The notes under the pieces: generated by a model | Databases searched by the model: none | What the model saw: the letters and a program-made list of their open reading frames with translations, nothing else | Told to the model about the DNA's origin: nothing | In this document: piece after piece, positions 22,536 to 33,265 of the stretch | Position numbering within the stretch: position 1 is the first letter of the stretch | Layout of the letters: each line of letters starts with the position of its first letter | Assembly (NCBI GenBank): GCA_020184695.1 | Contig: JAANOX010000234.1 | Span: 1 to 64,000 of the forward strand | DNA: 64,000 bases | Origin: Histomonas meleagridis 2922-C6/04-290x | Taxonomy: Eukaryota; Protista; Parabasalia | Direction: 5' to 3' | Translations under genes and position numbers: made by a program

Positions 22536-23761
22536 TTAGGACAAAAGCACCAAAGAATTCGATTTTGGCTCTTCCATATTTAACAATGTTAATTCATCTT
22601 CTTCCTTTACTTGTACGAACAAGTAATCTTTTCTTAACATGAACACCCACATTTCAATGAAATTTAACAACAACAAAGAGACGTGTATATCAGCAAATAT
22701 ATAAATATCCCACGAGTCAGCAAATGCCAAAAAGCAAAATACGCCCAACGAAACCAAAACCAAAATTATTGACAATCTCGAAAATGAATAAATCAAATTA
22801 AACTTTTTCTTCAGTTGTTCATCTTCTTGAACTTGTCTTAATTCCTTTAGGTCAGTAATGAAACACATATACCTAAAGAAATTATAAAAAACCATAATAG
22901 CGCCGACATTCACAAGTCCCATTAATATTAATGATTGATAAACTTCTTCAGCAAATTCACTTGAAAAAATTCCGTAAATGAAAAATGCACTTGAAAATAT
23001 TATATTCACATACTCATATATATCTATTGATTCACGTATGGTACATAAACCTGATAAAGCAAAAAGAATTGATGAACAATAAATTGTAAAATGCGCTTCA
23101 GAAAAATAATGATAAAAACTTTGTATTAAACGAGGAAATTCATTCCCAACTCTTTTGTTGCTCCAATTCCTTGAACAGAGAAAATAAAATATTGAGTTTG
23201 AAAGAGATGTAACTGAAAATAATGCTTGTATAAGATTTATATGACTGATAAAATATATCGTATTGAGGATCCAGACAAGAGATATAAAAATATAAATAAT
23301 ACCAAATATGAAATACATTTTTGAATATCCATAATCACGATAATCAATTAATGCTGAAGGATTCGTGAAATTTAGGCGTAAATGAAAAATTGTTTTGTTA
23401 GTATTATGACAATTTAAGAATATTGGTTGATAAACACCTTTTTTATCAATGGTTCCAATCCATGAAATCGGTTTTGAAATGTTTGAAAAGGAAAAATTTA
23501 AATTTGAAATAAAAAAATTTTCATCTTTGCATATTGTCTGTAGAGTAGGTGAACGCAATGCCAATGAAATCGTTTCATTTTTGTTTGCTAAAAAAATTCT
23601 TAATGATAAATTTTCTCGAGCAAAAGTAAGGTTATATTTACCATTTTTTTCAAATCCAAAAGAAGCGAATTGAATAATCTTTAGTTTTGTGTTTATATTG
23701 TATTCCTTGATATATGTAAGTCCGAATAAAAGGAAATACAACTCAAATAATCAATGATCAT
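22536..23761 (-). CDS. Seven-TM protein with a luminal N-terminal domain (GOST/GPR107/TMEM87-like); start probably the ATG at 23761 with one T missing at ~23727
   Basis: FASFGFEKNGKY motif, about 7 hydrophobic segments. The ORF track starts at a TTG; adding one T gives MIIDYLSCISFLFGLTYIKEY. Confidence 0.55.
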
Positions 23762-23790
23762 TATTTAACGTTCTCGTAACTTCGGTTCCA

Positions 23791-25479
23791 ATGGATGAAA
23801 ACTATCCCCTAAAACCTCTCATTTTTGACTTTGAACCACTTTATTGTAACTCAAGATTTAGTGATTTTTCCATAGTTATTCCAAATTTACAATCATCTCA
23901 ATTTAGAATCCCAGTCCACCGATTCATTTTAGACTATTTTTCAAATTATTTTCATAATTTTTTTATATCAATGCCTGAAGAAAAAGAAGTTTGTATTTGT
24001 TTGCCTGATTGGGCTGTTGAAAATATATATCCGATTTTGAAATATATGTATACTTTGAAACCAATTGAAATCAATGAAGAAAATATTTCAGGAATTTATC
24101 GAATTTCAACTTTATGGTCAATTCCAAGTATTTTACAACAATGTACTGATTTCATTTCTGGAAATAAATTAAGCCCATTAGCTTCATTAGAAATTCTTAG
24201 CAAATTAGGAAACCAATTCCTTGACAGCTCAAAAACATTAGATATTCTTATTGATATCGTTTATAAAAACATTGGCTCGCTAGATTGTTCTTATTTTTCA
24301 AATCTTAATTTTAATATTTTCCATCAAATTGCCAAGCGCGCTTATGTCAATCGTCCTGATTCTGCCCAAATTGGCTCTTTATGTGATATAATTGAAAGAT
24401 ACATAACTGATAATTCTTCTAAAATCGGAAACTATCAATTTGAAATACTTACTAAAATGTTTTCAATGAAGACGCATCACAATGGTATTATTTCACTTTA
24501 TAATATAGGTACAATCAAAGATTGGAATTGCAAATATTGTATTTCTAAAATCATTCATTATTGGCGTCACCTTGATCAGAACAAACTTAGTATGCTTCCT
24601 GTCACATATCTTTCACCTCTTTTACATGAGAGTTGTTTAAATGCAGCGAGTGAAGATGAAATATACAATTTTATTTTACTTGTTCATAAAAACCAACCAA
24701 ATGAACCAATTGATTTATTATTCAATGAAGTTCGAGCAGATCTAATGTCACAAAACTATATTAAACAATTTCTTGAATCCGAAATAGTTCCTATTCAATG
24801 TAAACAATCACTTGACCTTCAATGTTCTTTACCAAGAAAAATACCAAAAAGTAATGTACGATGTTTACTATTAGGAGCATGTGATAATGAAGCACTTGAA
24901 GATGTCAAATTAATGTTTATAAATTGTTCACTTCCACATGTTGTAACGGTCCGCGCCGATAAAGAGTTTAACGTTAATTTTTCTGAGTTTAATTCAATTT
25001 TTGTGTTTGGGTTTTATAAATTTTGGAATCCAGATAAGTTAAGTAAAGATTTATATGATTTCCTTAAAAATGGTGGTGGAGTAATGATGGGACTTGGTGC
25101 AATTAGATCAGATGATTTTGGTATAGGTGAACCAATGAAATCAATTTTACCATTTGAATTAATCGAAAAAAATCCTATCGAATGCTGCCATTTTCTTAAA
25201 TTAGAAAAGAAGTTAAAAGTAACTGCTGGTAGTAAAACAGCAAGATTAATGATTAGAGCAAAAGGAGAAGCATATCAATTAGTTTGGGATGATGGCATAC
25301 CATTTATTATCAAAAAGAAAGAAGTACCTAAAGAAGGTATTGTTGCTGTGTTGAATGCATTACCATTTAGTAGTAAGATAATTGATGGCCAATGGGATAG
25401 AACAAATAAAGCTATAACTCGACATATTGTGAAAACAATTGTTATGATAGCCTCAACAATTAGAATTGATAAATGTTAA
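23791..25479 (+). CDS. BTB/POZ-BACK protein with a C-terminal alpha/beta (GATase-like) domain
   Basis: FSDFSIVI..IPVHRFILDYFSNYFHNFF, ILKYMYT, BACK-like LNAASEDEIYNFIL; C-terminal LYDFLKNGGGVMMG. Confidence 0.75.
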   Translation: MDENYPLKPLIFDFEPLYCNSRFSDFSIVIPNLQSSQFRIPVHRFILDYFSNYFHNFFISMPEEKEVCICLPDWAVENIYPILKYMYTLKPIEINEENISGIYRISTLWSIPSILQQCTDFISGNKLSPLASLEILSKLGNQFLDSSKTLDILIDIVYKNIGSLDCSYFSNLNFNIFHQIAKRAYVNRPDSAQIGSLCDIIERYITDNSSKIGNYQFEILTKMFSMKTHHNGIISLYNIGTIKDWNCKYCISKIIHYWRHLDQNKLSMLPVTYLSPLLHESCLNAASEDEIYNFILLVHKNQPNEPIDLLFNEVRADLMSQNYIKQFLESEIVPIQCKQSLDLQCSLPRKIPKSNVRCLLLGACDNEALEDVKLMFINCSLPHVVTVRADKEFNVNFSEFNSIFVFGFYKFWNPDKLSKDLYDFLKNGGGVMMGLGAIRSDDFGIGEPMKSILPFELIEKNPIECCHFLKLEKKLKVTAGSKTARLMIRAKGEAYQLVWDDGIPFIIKKKEVPKEGIVAVLNALPFSSKIIDGQWDRTNKAITRHIVKTIVMIASTIRIDKC

Positions 25480-25663
25480 TAATTATATAAAAATTTCTTG
25501 ATATCTTTAATTTCTACATTAAAAAAAATAATTTAATGATATTTGTTAAATGTTTATTTAAATAAGTTTTTTGTGGAAAATAATTTAAACAAACATTGGT
25601 GTAAACCATAGAAATTTGTCACAAATTTGATGTTTCCGCATCAAAATTCATAATTAATTTTCA

Positions 25664-28600
25664 TCATTTCCTTCGAACTTTAGCCATAGCAGCTAACAAA
25701 TCATTCTTCGGTGGGATTGGCATTCCAGTAGCACCTTTAGGTCTAACAGGACCACCTTCTTCTAATTCCTTCATCATATTATCAAGAACACCTCTCTTAG
25801 AGAGACTCTTCTTTTGAGCTGCTTCAGCCTGTCTCTTTTGTTTCTCTTCGAGTGCCTTTTGTTTATCAATATCATCTTTAGCCCTTGCGAAATCGTTTGC
25901 AAAATCTTTCCAAATTTGTAAGAAATCGTTTAATTTTGTAGCTTTAGGATCTTCAGCATACATTGAACAAACTTCTTCATATAACATATTAACTTCTTTA
26001 ATTCCATCTTTACCTTTAGTAAATACTTGTGAAGCCTTTTCTTCAAATTCGATAAACTTAGGATGAAATAGATCACCTTTAACAACGAGTTTTTCTGCCA
26101 TTGGTAAAAAGTTTTTACATTTATTAAATGTACCATTTAATCCCATTAATTGCTTATTAATTATATCGATATCGAATCTTAAACAACTCTTAAACACTTC
26201 CATTTCTTCAACGAATTTAGCAGCTTCTGGATATTTCTCATAAATTGTTGATACTAAATAATGTAATAATGTATATCCTGGCTTATTACTTCTAATATCT
26301 TTTAATTTTGCAAGTGTTTCTAATTTAAATCCATAAGCTCCACCTCTAATTGTACCTCCATTTAAGTAATTACCAATCTTTAATATGACTGTCATTACTT
26401 TCTTTAAGTTTTCTGACTTTAATAATATTTGTAATGCATCCATGAAAAGATTTAATGGTGGTAATATATCTTTAACTTGTTGATCAAATGTTTGTCTAAG
26501 TAACATTAATTCAAAATGAACCGGGAAATTAACAACTGTTATTAATTGTGTAAAGAATTGTTCACAAACTCCAAGTTGATTTCGATCTCCTTCAAATCCT
26601 TGAATCAATTGAACTTCATCTGGTGTCGGCTGATTACTAATCATTCCATGAAGTTGATCTTCAGTAAATATATCATCGATTTGAATGATATGTTTGGTAA
26701 TATCTTGATAAGACATTTTAAGTCTTGATAATAAGATAGCAATTGACTTAGCTTTGTTTTGATCAATTAATTCAATCGTAGGAGGCTTAACTGGTGCTGA
26801 TGTAATAGATTCTGTTGAAGCTGTTGTAGATATCTTTTTAGCTGGCGCTACTGTTGCAAATAAGTCTAATATCGAATCTTCGTCAATTGATATTGTACTA
26901 TCATCAATATCATTCCAGATTGTAGGCTTGATTTGGGCATCAGGAAGTTTAGCCCAGAAAATAGACTTAACCTTCTTAGGCGGCGCTGGATTCGGTTTAG
27001 GAGGCATACCGAAAGCTGGTGGAGGAGGTGCGCCTGGTGGTGGGGGAGGAGCTCCAGGAGGTGGCGGAGGTGGAGGCGGTGCACCTGGCGGCGGTGGGGG
27101 CGGTGGAGGAGGAGGAGCACCTGGAGGAGGAGGTGGTGGGGGCGGTGGAGGTGGTGGAGGAGGAGGTTCAAGTGAAGCGCCACCTGGTGGAGGTGGAGGC
27201 GGAGGAGGTGGGGGCGGTGGGGGCGGTGGGGGCGGTGGAGGAGGAGCACCATCACCAGAATCACCGCCAGAACCTATTCTTGATTCGGCTTCAGTAAGTT
27301 TCGTCTGAAGTGTTTCCTTTTCATCCTCTAACTTGGAAATTGTTTCTTTAAGTTCTTTAACAGTTTCATTCAACTTATTAATTTGCTCATTATTATCATT
27401 ACTATTATTACTATCATTCGAATCTTTAACTTCAGCTTTAATAGGAATATCTTTAGTAGCTTCAACTTGAATTGACTTTTGATTTAATTCCTTAATTTCT
27501 TCTTTAAGTTTTTCAATTTCTTCATTTAACTTATCGATTTGCCTTTCAGCTTCTTTAACTTTATTCTTTTCAGCTTCAATTTGGTTATTTGACTTTTGAG
27601 TATGATCAGAAAGTTCCTTCTTAAGTTTCTGCGTTTCATCAGTTAACTTAGCGACAGTTTCCTTTAATTTCTTAGATTCAGCCACAGACATTGTTGAATG
27701 TGTCTTTAATTCAGCGATTTCTTTCTTCTGTCTTGTAATTGTTGATCTAAATGTTAATTCATCAGCAGTATAATTAATGATTTTTTCGTTAAGTTTTGCA
27801 ATTTCTTCATTCAAATTAGCAATTTGATCATTTAACTCATCAATTTTCGCAGATTTATCATCAGATTCTTCAGAACTATTTTCACTTTCTTCATTATCAT
27901 TATCACCAGAAGATTTCTCTGATTCATTATTTGATGATTCATTATCTTCTTCATTATCACTTGAAGATGATGATGATGATGAAGATGAACCATTTTGTTC
28001 TTCATCATCATCAGAAGACTTTTGCTTAAGGTTTTCTATGTCATCCTTTAACTTATTAATTTGTTCTTCATAATCTTCAATTTGTTTATTCAGGATATCA
28101 ATTCTTCGCTTTTGTGCTTCAATTTCTTCTTTAGATGAATCGATAGCAGACAAATATTCTTCTTTAAGTTTCTCTGAAGTAGTTCTCATTTCATCTTCTT
28201 TAGACTTATAACTTTCTAATTCAATCTTAAGATCTTCTAATTTCTCTTCTAATTCAGCTTTAGTTTCTTTAGAATCTTTATATTTCTCTTTAACTTTATC
28301 TAATTTCTCTTGAAGTTCATCTCTTTCATCTTCAATTTCTTCTAATTCTTCAATTCTTTCTTTAGAGATTTTATATTTCTCTCTATATTTCATTTGTAAT
28401 TCTTTAGATTCCTTCAAAGCATTTTTGAATTTCGTTAATTCATTATTCAAATTCTCTACTTCCGAATTATTATTACGTTGACTTTCAAGTTCTTTCTTTA
28501 AGTTCTCAATTAAATTCTTTGATTGATCTAATTCATCACATAACGTTTGAGCCTTTTCTCTAAGTCCTTGAACTACACCTTTCTTCTTATTCATTTTAGT

Positions 28601-30112
28601 TTCATATTTACCAATTTCTTCTTCAAGTTTCTTATTTCTTTCAGTTAATATTACCATATCTTTCTTATTTGTTTTTGTAGATTCCTTTAATTTGTTATAT
28701 TTATCTGTTACTTCATCCTTAGCATTAGTAATAAATTCACAATGTTTTTGTAATGCATTAATTTGTTCTTTTAATGTATGGATCTCTGTTGAATTTTCTT
28801 TAGATTGAGAAGAACTTTTACCACCGAAATTATTAAATAGTTTGGCAGGCATTATAGAATCAGCTAAATAATTATGATCTAGAAATTGTGTTTCTTCATA
28901 TAATTGTTGATGAAATGAATCTAATGGTATTGAATTACTTTCAGTTAAATATAATTGATACCCTTTTTCACATGTCGCAGCTTGAAATGCTGCTTCTGAT
29001 AACGAAAGGTTCATTCCCTTAGCTAAGTATTGACGATATATGATTAATAAGTTCGATAGAAACATATATACATTTGACTTCTTCTTGGGATATGTTAACG
29101 CAATATCCATCAATGAAAGGTTGATCAAGTTAATGTACTTTGATGCATGTTTAACAAGATATTTACGAACGGATTTATCGTTGAACGGATTATACATTTT
29201 CTTTGAATGTGGAAACGTTTCATGTAATGGTTTTAATTCTTGTTCAATATATTCGAACAAATTCTTTCGAGCTTGAAATGCACGTTCAGCTTCAGTTAAT
29301 TTGATTGATGATAATGTCTTTAAGATGTTGTTTTGGGTGATCATTATCAAATAGTCAACACGACTTTTGACATCTTGAAATCCGGAGATCATAGCACTGA
29401 GAAAGATAATTATTTGACGAACTGTAAGTGAGTCCGGATTGGATTTGCAGACGCTTTTGATTGCAGAATACGCATCTTTACTTGACATAAGTTTTGCATT
29501 GTGATTATGATCAGTTGAATAATAGATAAATGGAACTAACAACACAAGGATATACCCAAAGGCTTTGGAGCTCTTGACTTGAAAAGAATTGACCAAAAAG
29601 AAAAATAGATTTTTCTCGGATAACATCTTCTTTTGACCGACGTCAACGTTAGCAACGGCATGAAGACATTGGAGTACAACGGTGAATAGTTCCATATCAT
29701 TACTCTCTTTAAATTTCGATAAAAGAGAAATAAGAAATGATAAACCGTTGTTCTCGACAAATCGTTCAAGCCATGAAACTTTGCCTGTGCTTAGGTTAAC
29801 ACGTAATGAGTTTAGCGCTTTGAGGGCTGTACTTTGATCTTTCTCCAGGTTCAATGTTTTTAAATACTCGAGAAAACACTCTGGTGACGGAGAGTTGGAA
29901 TCGAAGTACGCTTGGCCCTGGATGAACTGCCATTGCTTCTTTGGTGTGAATTGGGCCATTTTTGCAATTGTTTCATCTGATAATCCCATGTCGTTAATGA
30001 GAGAGTCGAATAATTCTTTGAGTTTTTCCCCTTTCGGACATTCCTGCTGTAAATCTAATTGCCGGAAAGGAACAAATAGTTCCTTTGGGACGATTTGGGA
30101 TTGTCCGCTCAT
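25664..30112 (-). CDS. Diaphanous-type formin (GBD/FH3, coiled coil, poly-Pro FH1, FH2)
   Basis: LRVNLSTGKVSWLERFVENNG; polyproline tract at 27010-27250; KSIFWAKL, ILKIGNYLNGGTIRGGAYGFKLETLAKL. Confidence 0.95.
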   Translation of the reverse strand: MSGQSQIVPKELFVPFRQLDLQQECPKGEKLKELFDSLINDMGLSDETIAKMAQFTPKKQWQFIQGQAYFDSNSPSPECFLEYLKTLNLEKDQSTALKALNSLRVNLSTGKVSWLERFVENNGLSFLISLLSKFKESNDMELFTVVLQCLHAVANVDVGQKKMLSEKNLFFFLVNSFQVKSSKAFGYILVLLVPFIYYSTDHNHNAKLMSSKDAYSAIKSVCKSNPDSLTVRQIIIFLSAMISGFQDVKSRVDYLIMITQNNILKTLSSIKLTEAERAFQARKNLFEYIEQELKPLHETFPHSKKMYNPFNDKSVRKYLVKHASKYINLINLSLMDIALTYPKKKSNVYMFLSNLLIIYRQYLAKGMNLSLSEAAFQAATCEKGYQLYLTESNSIPLDSFHQQLYEETQFLDHNYLADSIMPAKLFNNFGGKSSSQSKENSTEIHTLKEQINALQKHCEFITNAKDEVTDKYNKLKESTKTNKKDMVILTERNKKLEEEIGKYETKMNKKKGVVQGLREKAQTLCDELDQSKNLIENLKKELESQRNNNSEVENLNNELTKFKNALKESKELQMKYREKYKISKERIEELEEIEDERDELQEKLDKVKEKYKDSKETKAELEEKLEDLKIELESYKSKEDEMRTTSEKLKEEYLSAIDSSKEEIEAQKRRIDILNKQIEDYEEQINKLKDDIENLKQKSSDDDEEQNGSSSSSSSSSSDNEEDNESSNNESEKSSGDNDNEESENSSEESDDKSAKIDELNDQIANLNEEIAKLNEKIINYTADELTFRSTITRQKKEIAELKTHSTMSVAESKKLKETVAKLTDETQKLKKELSDHTQKSNNQIEAEKNKVKEAERQIDKLNEEIEKLKEEIKELNQKSIQVEATKDIPIKAEVKDSNDSNNSNDNNEQINKLNETVKELKETISKLEDEKETLQTKLTEAESRIGSGGDSGDGAPPPPPPPPPPPPPPPPPPPPGGASLEPPPPPPPPPPPPPPPGAPPPPPPPPPPGAPPPPPPPPGAPPPPPGAPPPPAFGMPPKPNPAPPKKVKSIFWAKLPDAQIKPTIWNDIDDSTISIDEDSILDLFATVAPAKKISTTASTESITSAPVKPPTIELIDQNKAKSIAILLSRLKMSYQDITKHIIQIDDIFTEDQLHGMISNQPTPDEVQLIQGFEGDRNQLGVCEQFFTQLITVVNFPVHFELMLLRQTFDQQVKDILPPLNLFMDALQILLKSENLKKVMTVILKIGNYLNGGTIRGGAYGFKLETLAKLKDIRSNKPGYTLLHYLVSTIYEKYPEAAKFVEEMEVFKSCLRFDIDIINKQLMGLNGTFNKCKNFLPMAEKLVVKGDLFHPKFIEFEEKASQVFTKGKDGIKEVNMLYEEVCSMYAEDPKATKLNDFLQIWKDFANDFARAKDDIDKQKALEEKQKRQAEAAQKKSLSKRGVLDNMMKELEEGGPVRPKGATGMPIPPKNDLLAAMAKVRRK

Positions 30113-31413
30113 GGTTTGATGTTTCTGAAAAAGTTTTTCAATGTTTTATTTGTTTCTGTTTGGAAAAAGGTATTCAAATTGAACTGCATATCATCTCCCT
30201 CACAAAGTGACTGTAGGTTTGTGGTTGAATATGGGAAATTATTTTGCTAATAATTAGCGAGCATAGCTATTGTAAGTTGAGTGTGTGTTTTAAAACGAAA
30301 AGAATAATAAAAAAATGAGATTCAAAATCAAAAAATGAGATTTAGTTTAACAAAAAAGAAGACATTTTGATCATTGAAATGCGTTGTCTTTTTAACACGA
30401 AGTTTTTATGATTTAGTGAAATTTAACATCGAAATAATTTATGAGATCATTTCGAATAAAAAGTCAAATAACCAATTGACTACCACCTTTTAGCTTTGTG
30501 GCTGAGCAGAAATGAGTGTTTTTGCTTGTTTGAAGTTTTTTATATCATTTTACGGAATTGGATTGGTAACCGAAATTTGAATCGCCTTTAGGACAAATTC
30601 GATTTTATTCGAAGTTTGCGATTAAATTTTTTTTTATGATCAAACATTGAGTAATTTGTGAAACGACGAAGAAATTGTTTGAGGCAGTTACTGGCAAATT
30701 TTGAGAATGAGCACATTGAACTAACAGGTATGATTTCAATATAGTAACCGTTTTCTCCGATGTCAAAAACCTCCGAAATTCTCATAAAAGTTGCCTGTCA
30801 AAATGTTGCACATCGAAATTTTTTTGATGAAGTTGTATATTTACGACAACGAAAACCTCTGTCAATTTTATCACAGCTTTTTAATAGGGAGGTTGGAATT
30901 TATAAATTAAAATATCTAATTATAAAACATAAATATAATAGTATAATTTTGAAATTATTATATACTTAATATATTATTCATCATATCAAACTAAATAGTG
31001 TGTTATGCATTCATATTTTTTTCGAAATTTGTGTTAAAAAAACCCCTTTACGGATTTCACATTATTTTTTGTCAAAGCCAGATTTATTTGAATGGTTCAT
31101 ATACTGGTATTTCTCAGAAAATTGAATGGACTCAGAATTCTGGGCTGTCAAGTATATTAAAAAGATTTTTCCCGAGAGAATTAATGCTTTCGGAAGAATT
31201 CAACAAATAAATTTTCTTTAATATAACCATTATATATGATATTAAAAGCATTTATGTTTTATTTATGATCATTATAAGATATTGATGTTTTTCAAAAAAG
31301 ATTTTCCTAATAGTTACTTTTCAAAATATTCAATGAGATATTTCGGTTTTAATATTGAAAAATTGATCCATTCAATTTAAACCGATTTGTGTGGTATTTA
31401 AAAAACAGTTTTC

Positions 31414-31830
31414 ATGGAAGCACGCGCATTTCCTCAACCCATCTATGCTCAACCAGTCTCCGGCGGAATGTGGGTTCCACCAGGTTTTGTTGTTGGTTCA
31501 TACCCTCAGCAAGCAAATGGATTCCGCATTCAAAAAAAGCCAAAACATTTTCGAGTTGCCCGATTATGCATTGGGCCACAAGGCACACAACAACCGACTG
31601 AAGTTGCATATCCACAACGATTTACTTCAAAATCTGTTGAGCCACAGCAAATTTTACCTCAAAAAATAATATCAAATGTTTCTAGATCGCCTCCTCCACC
31701 TCCCCTTTTACACTGTACAGCAGTGCCTGAAAAGAAGGAGAATGCTCCACAAGTATTTGACATTGTTCGAAGAGGGAATTTCCCTGGCATTGTGTACGAT
31801 GTTAAAACCTCAAGCGTATCACTACTCTAA
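31414..31830 (+). CDS. Hypothetical 138-aa Pro/Gln-rich protein
   Basis: ATG-initiated ORF preceded by TTTTCA, with coding-like composition; no family recognised. Confidence 0.55.
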   Translation: MEARAFPQPIYAQPVSGGMWVPPGFVVGSYPQQANGFRIQKKPKHFRVARLCIGPQGTQQPTEVAYPQRFTSKSVEPQQILPQKIISNVSRSPPPPPLLHCTAVPEKKENAPQVFDIVRRGNFPGIVYDVKTSSVSLL

Positions 31831-32819
31831 TGTGGTTCTTTTCAATATGTATGTTTAAGATAGAGACAAAAAAGGAACAAGTAGTCATCTATTTATGCCA
31901 ATAAATAGGACCACATCGTTTCATTTCGTTTTTGTCGAACTTTTGTGTGAAAATTTCAGGTGTGTTCAAATTTGAAATTAGAATTGAAATTCAAAAATAG
32001 TTTTTATGGACGCTTTTGACAATAGTTTCAATGGTTTATTGTTGCATAAAAGCCAGCGTTGTCATTTTGGTCGGCAAAAAGGTTGACCAGTCAACGGGCT
32101 TGAATATGACACTCTCAAAATTGAGATACGATCGTGTTGTAAAATTTCAGAACGATTTGTGTGAAACACGAAAATCAAAATTACTCAAAAAATGGTAATT
32201 GTAAGATATTTGATCGTCGTTCGTGTTGAGAGGTGGAATGAAAATGTCTAACTCGACATGAGCAACTCAATTCTCTTACTTAAAAAAGCGCCAATGCAGG
32301 AAATGTCTTGAGGAAAATAAAAACTTTTTTTTTGATTATGAAATAAGATATTATTTTTAAATGTAAAAATACTTCTTTCATGGCCATGCTTGCTTTTTTT
32401 GTTGCCTAATTTTTTTTTTGTTTTAGGTATTATGTTTTTTTGTGAATTGAGAATTCAAATAATAATTATTTTGCTTATCAAATTTTATTCTCAATAATCC
32501 CTAAAGCTTTCCAAAGCCGTTGTTATTCATACACCATTATAGCATTTGCTTCCAATTTTGAATATAATTAAATTTTATTAATGATTTTTTTTTTTCATGT
32601 TACTTTTGACTGCACGAGTGAGGCCATTTTGGGTATAGATAAAATTAATATGAAGTTTTAAAGAATTTCAATTAAAAAAACTATTTTTTAAATATATTAT
32701 CTTCTGATGTAATTTGGCCTTACCTTCGTTTGTTTGCGCAGTTAAGTCGCCAAAATTCTAAAAATCTAATTAAATTTGTGATTTCTTCCTGAAAAGAATT
32801 TCTTCATCTTTCACTTTTT

Positions 32820-32839
32820 AACGGTTATGGCTGACCTTT
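32820..32839 (+). promoter_or_regulatory. M3 (AACGGTTA) plus M5 (CCTTT) core promoter of RPLP2
   Basis: Matches the T. vaginalis M3 and M5 consensus; M5 lies 6 nt before the ATG; same arrangement upstream of RPS21. Confidence 0.8.
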
Positions 32840-32845
32840 CCTTAA

Positions 32846-33154
32846 ATGAAATACATTGCTGCATACCTTCTTGCCCAAGCCGGTGGTGATGCTTCCCCAT
32901 CCAAAGAAAAGATCACAGCAATTCTCGAAAGTGTTGGAATTCAAGTTGATGCAAAGGCAATTGATGCTCTTCTTGAAAAATTAAATGGCAAGAACATCGA
33001 AGAACTCATCAAGGAAGGATCATCTAAATTAGCTGTTGTTGGTGGAGGTGCTCCAGCTGCTGCCGCTACAACTGCAGAAGTCAAGGAAGAAGAAAAGAAA
33101 GAAGAAGAAGAAGTTGTTGAAATGACTGGTGGCTTCGATGATCTCTTTGACTAA
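32846..33154 (+). CDS. RPLP2: 60S acidic ribosomal protein P2
   Basis: MKYIAAYLLAQAGG..PSKEKITAILESVG, Ala-rich hinge, acidic tail ending GFDDLFD. Confidence 0.97.
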   Translation: MKYIAAYLLAQAGGDASPSKEKITAILESVGIQVDAKAIDALLEKLNGKNIEELIKEGSSKLAVVGGGAPAAAATTAEVKEEEKKEEEEVVEMTGGFDDLFD

Positions 33155-33265
33155 GTTCATAAAACATTCATCCCATATTATTTTTATCTTTTAATTATTT
33201 CAAATTAAGCTCTTTCATCAAAGAACGTTAAGATTATCTATCGTTGGTACGTTTACAATTTTAAA

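Noticed and set aside
26866-27308. Gly-, Arg- and Glu/Val-rich ORFs
   Set aside because: Alternative frames and antisense of the formin polyproline FH1 region.
30300-31300. Short ORFs 30588..30785, 30760..30969 and 30998..31210; possible transposon remnant
   Set aside because: No recognisable motifs, terminal inverted repeats or target-site duplications found by eye.
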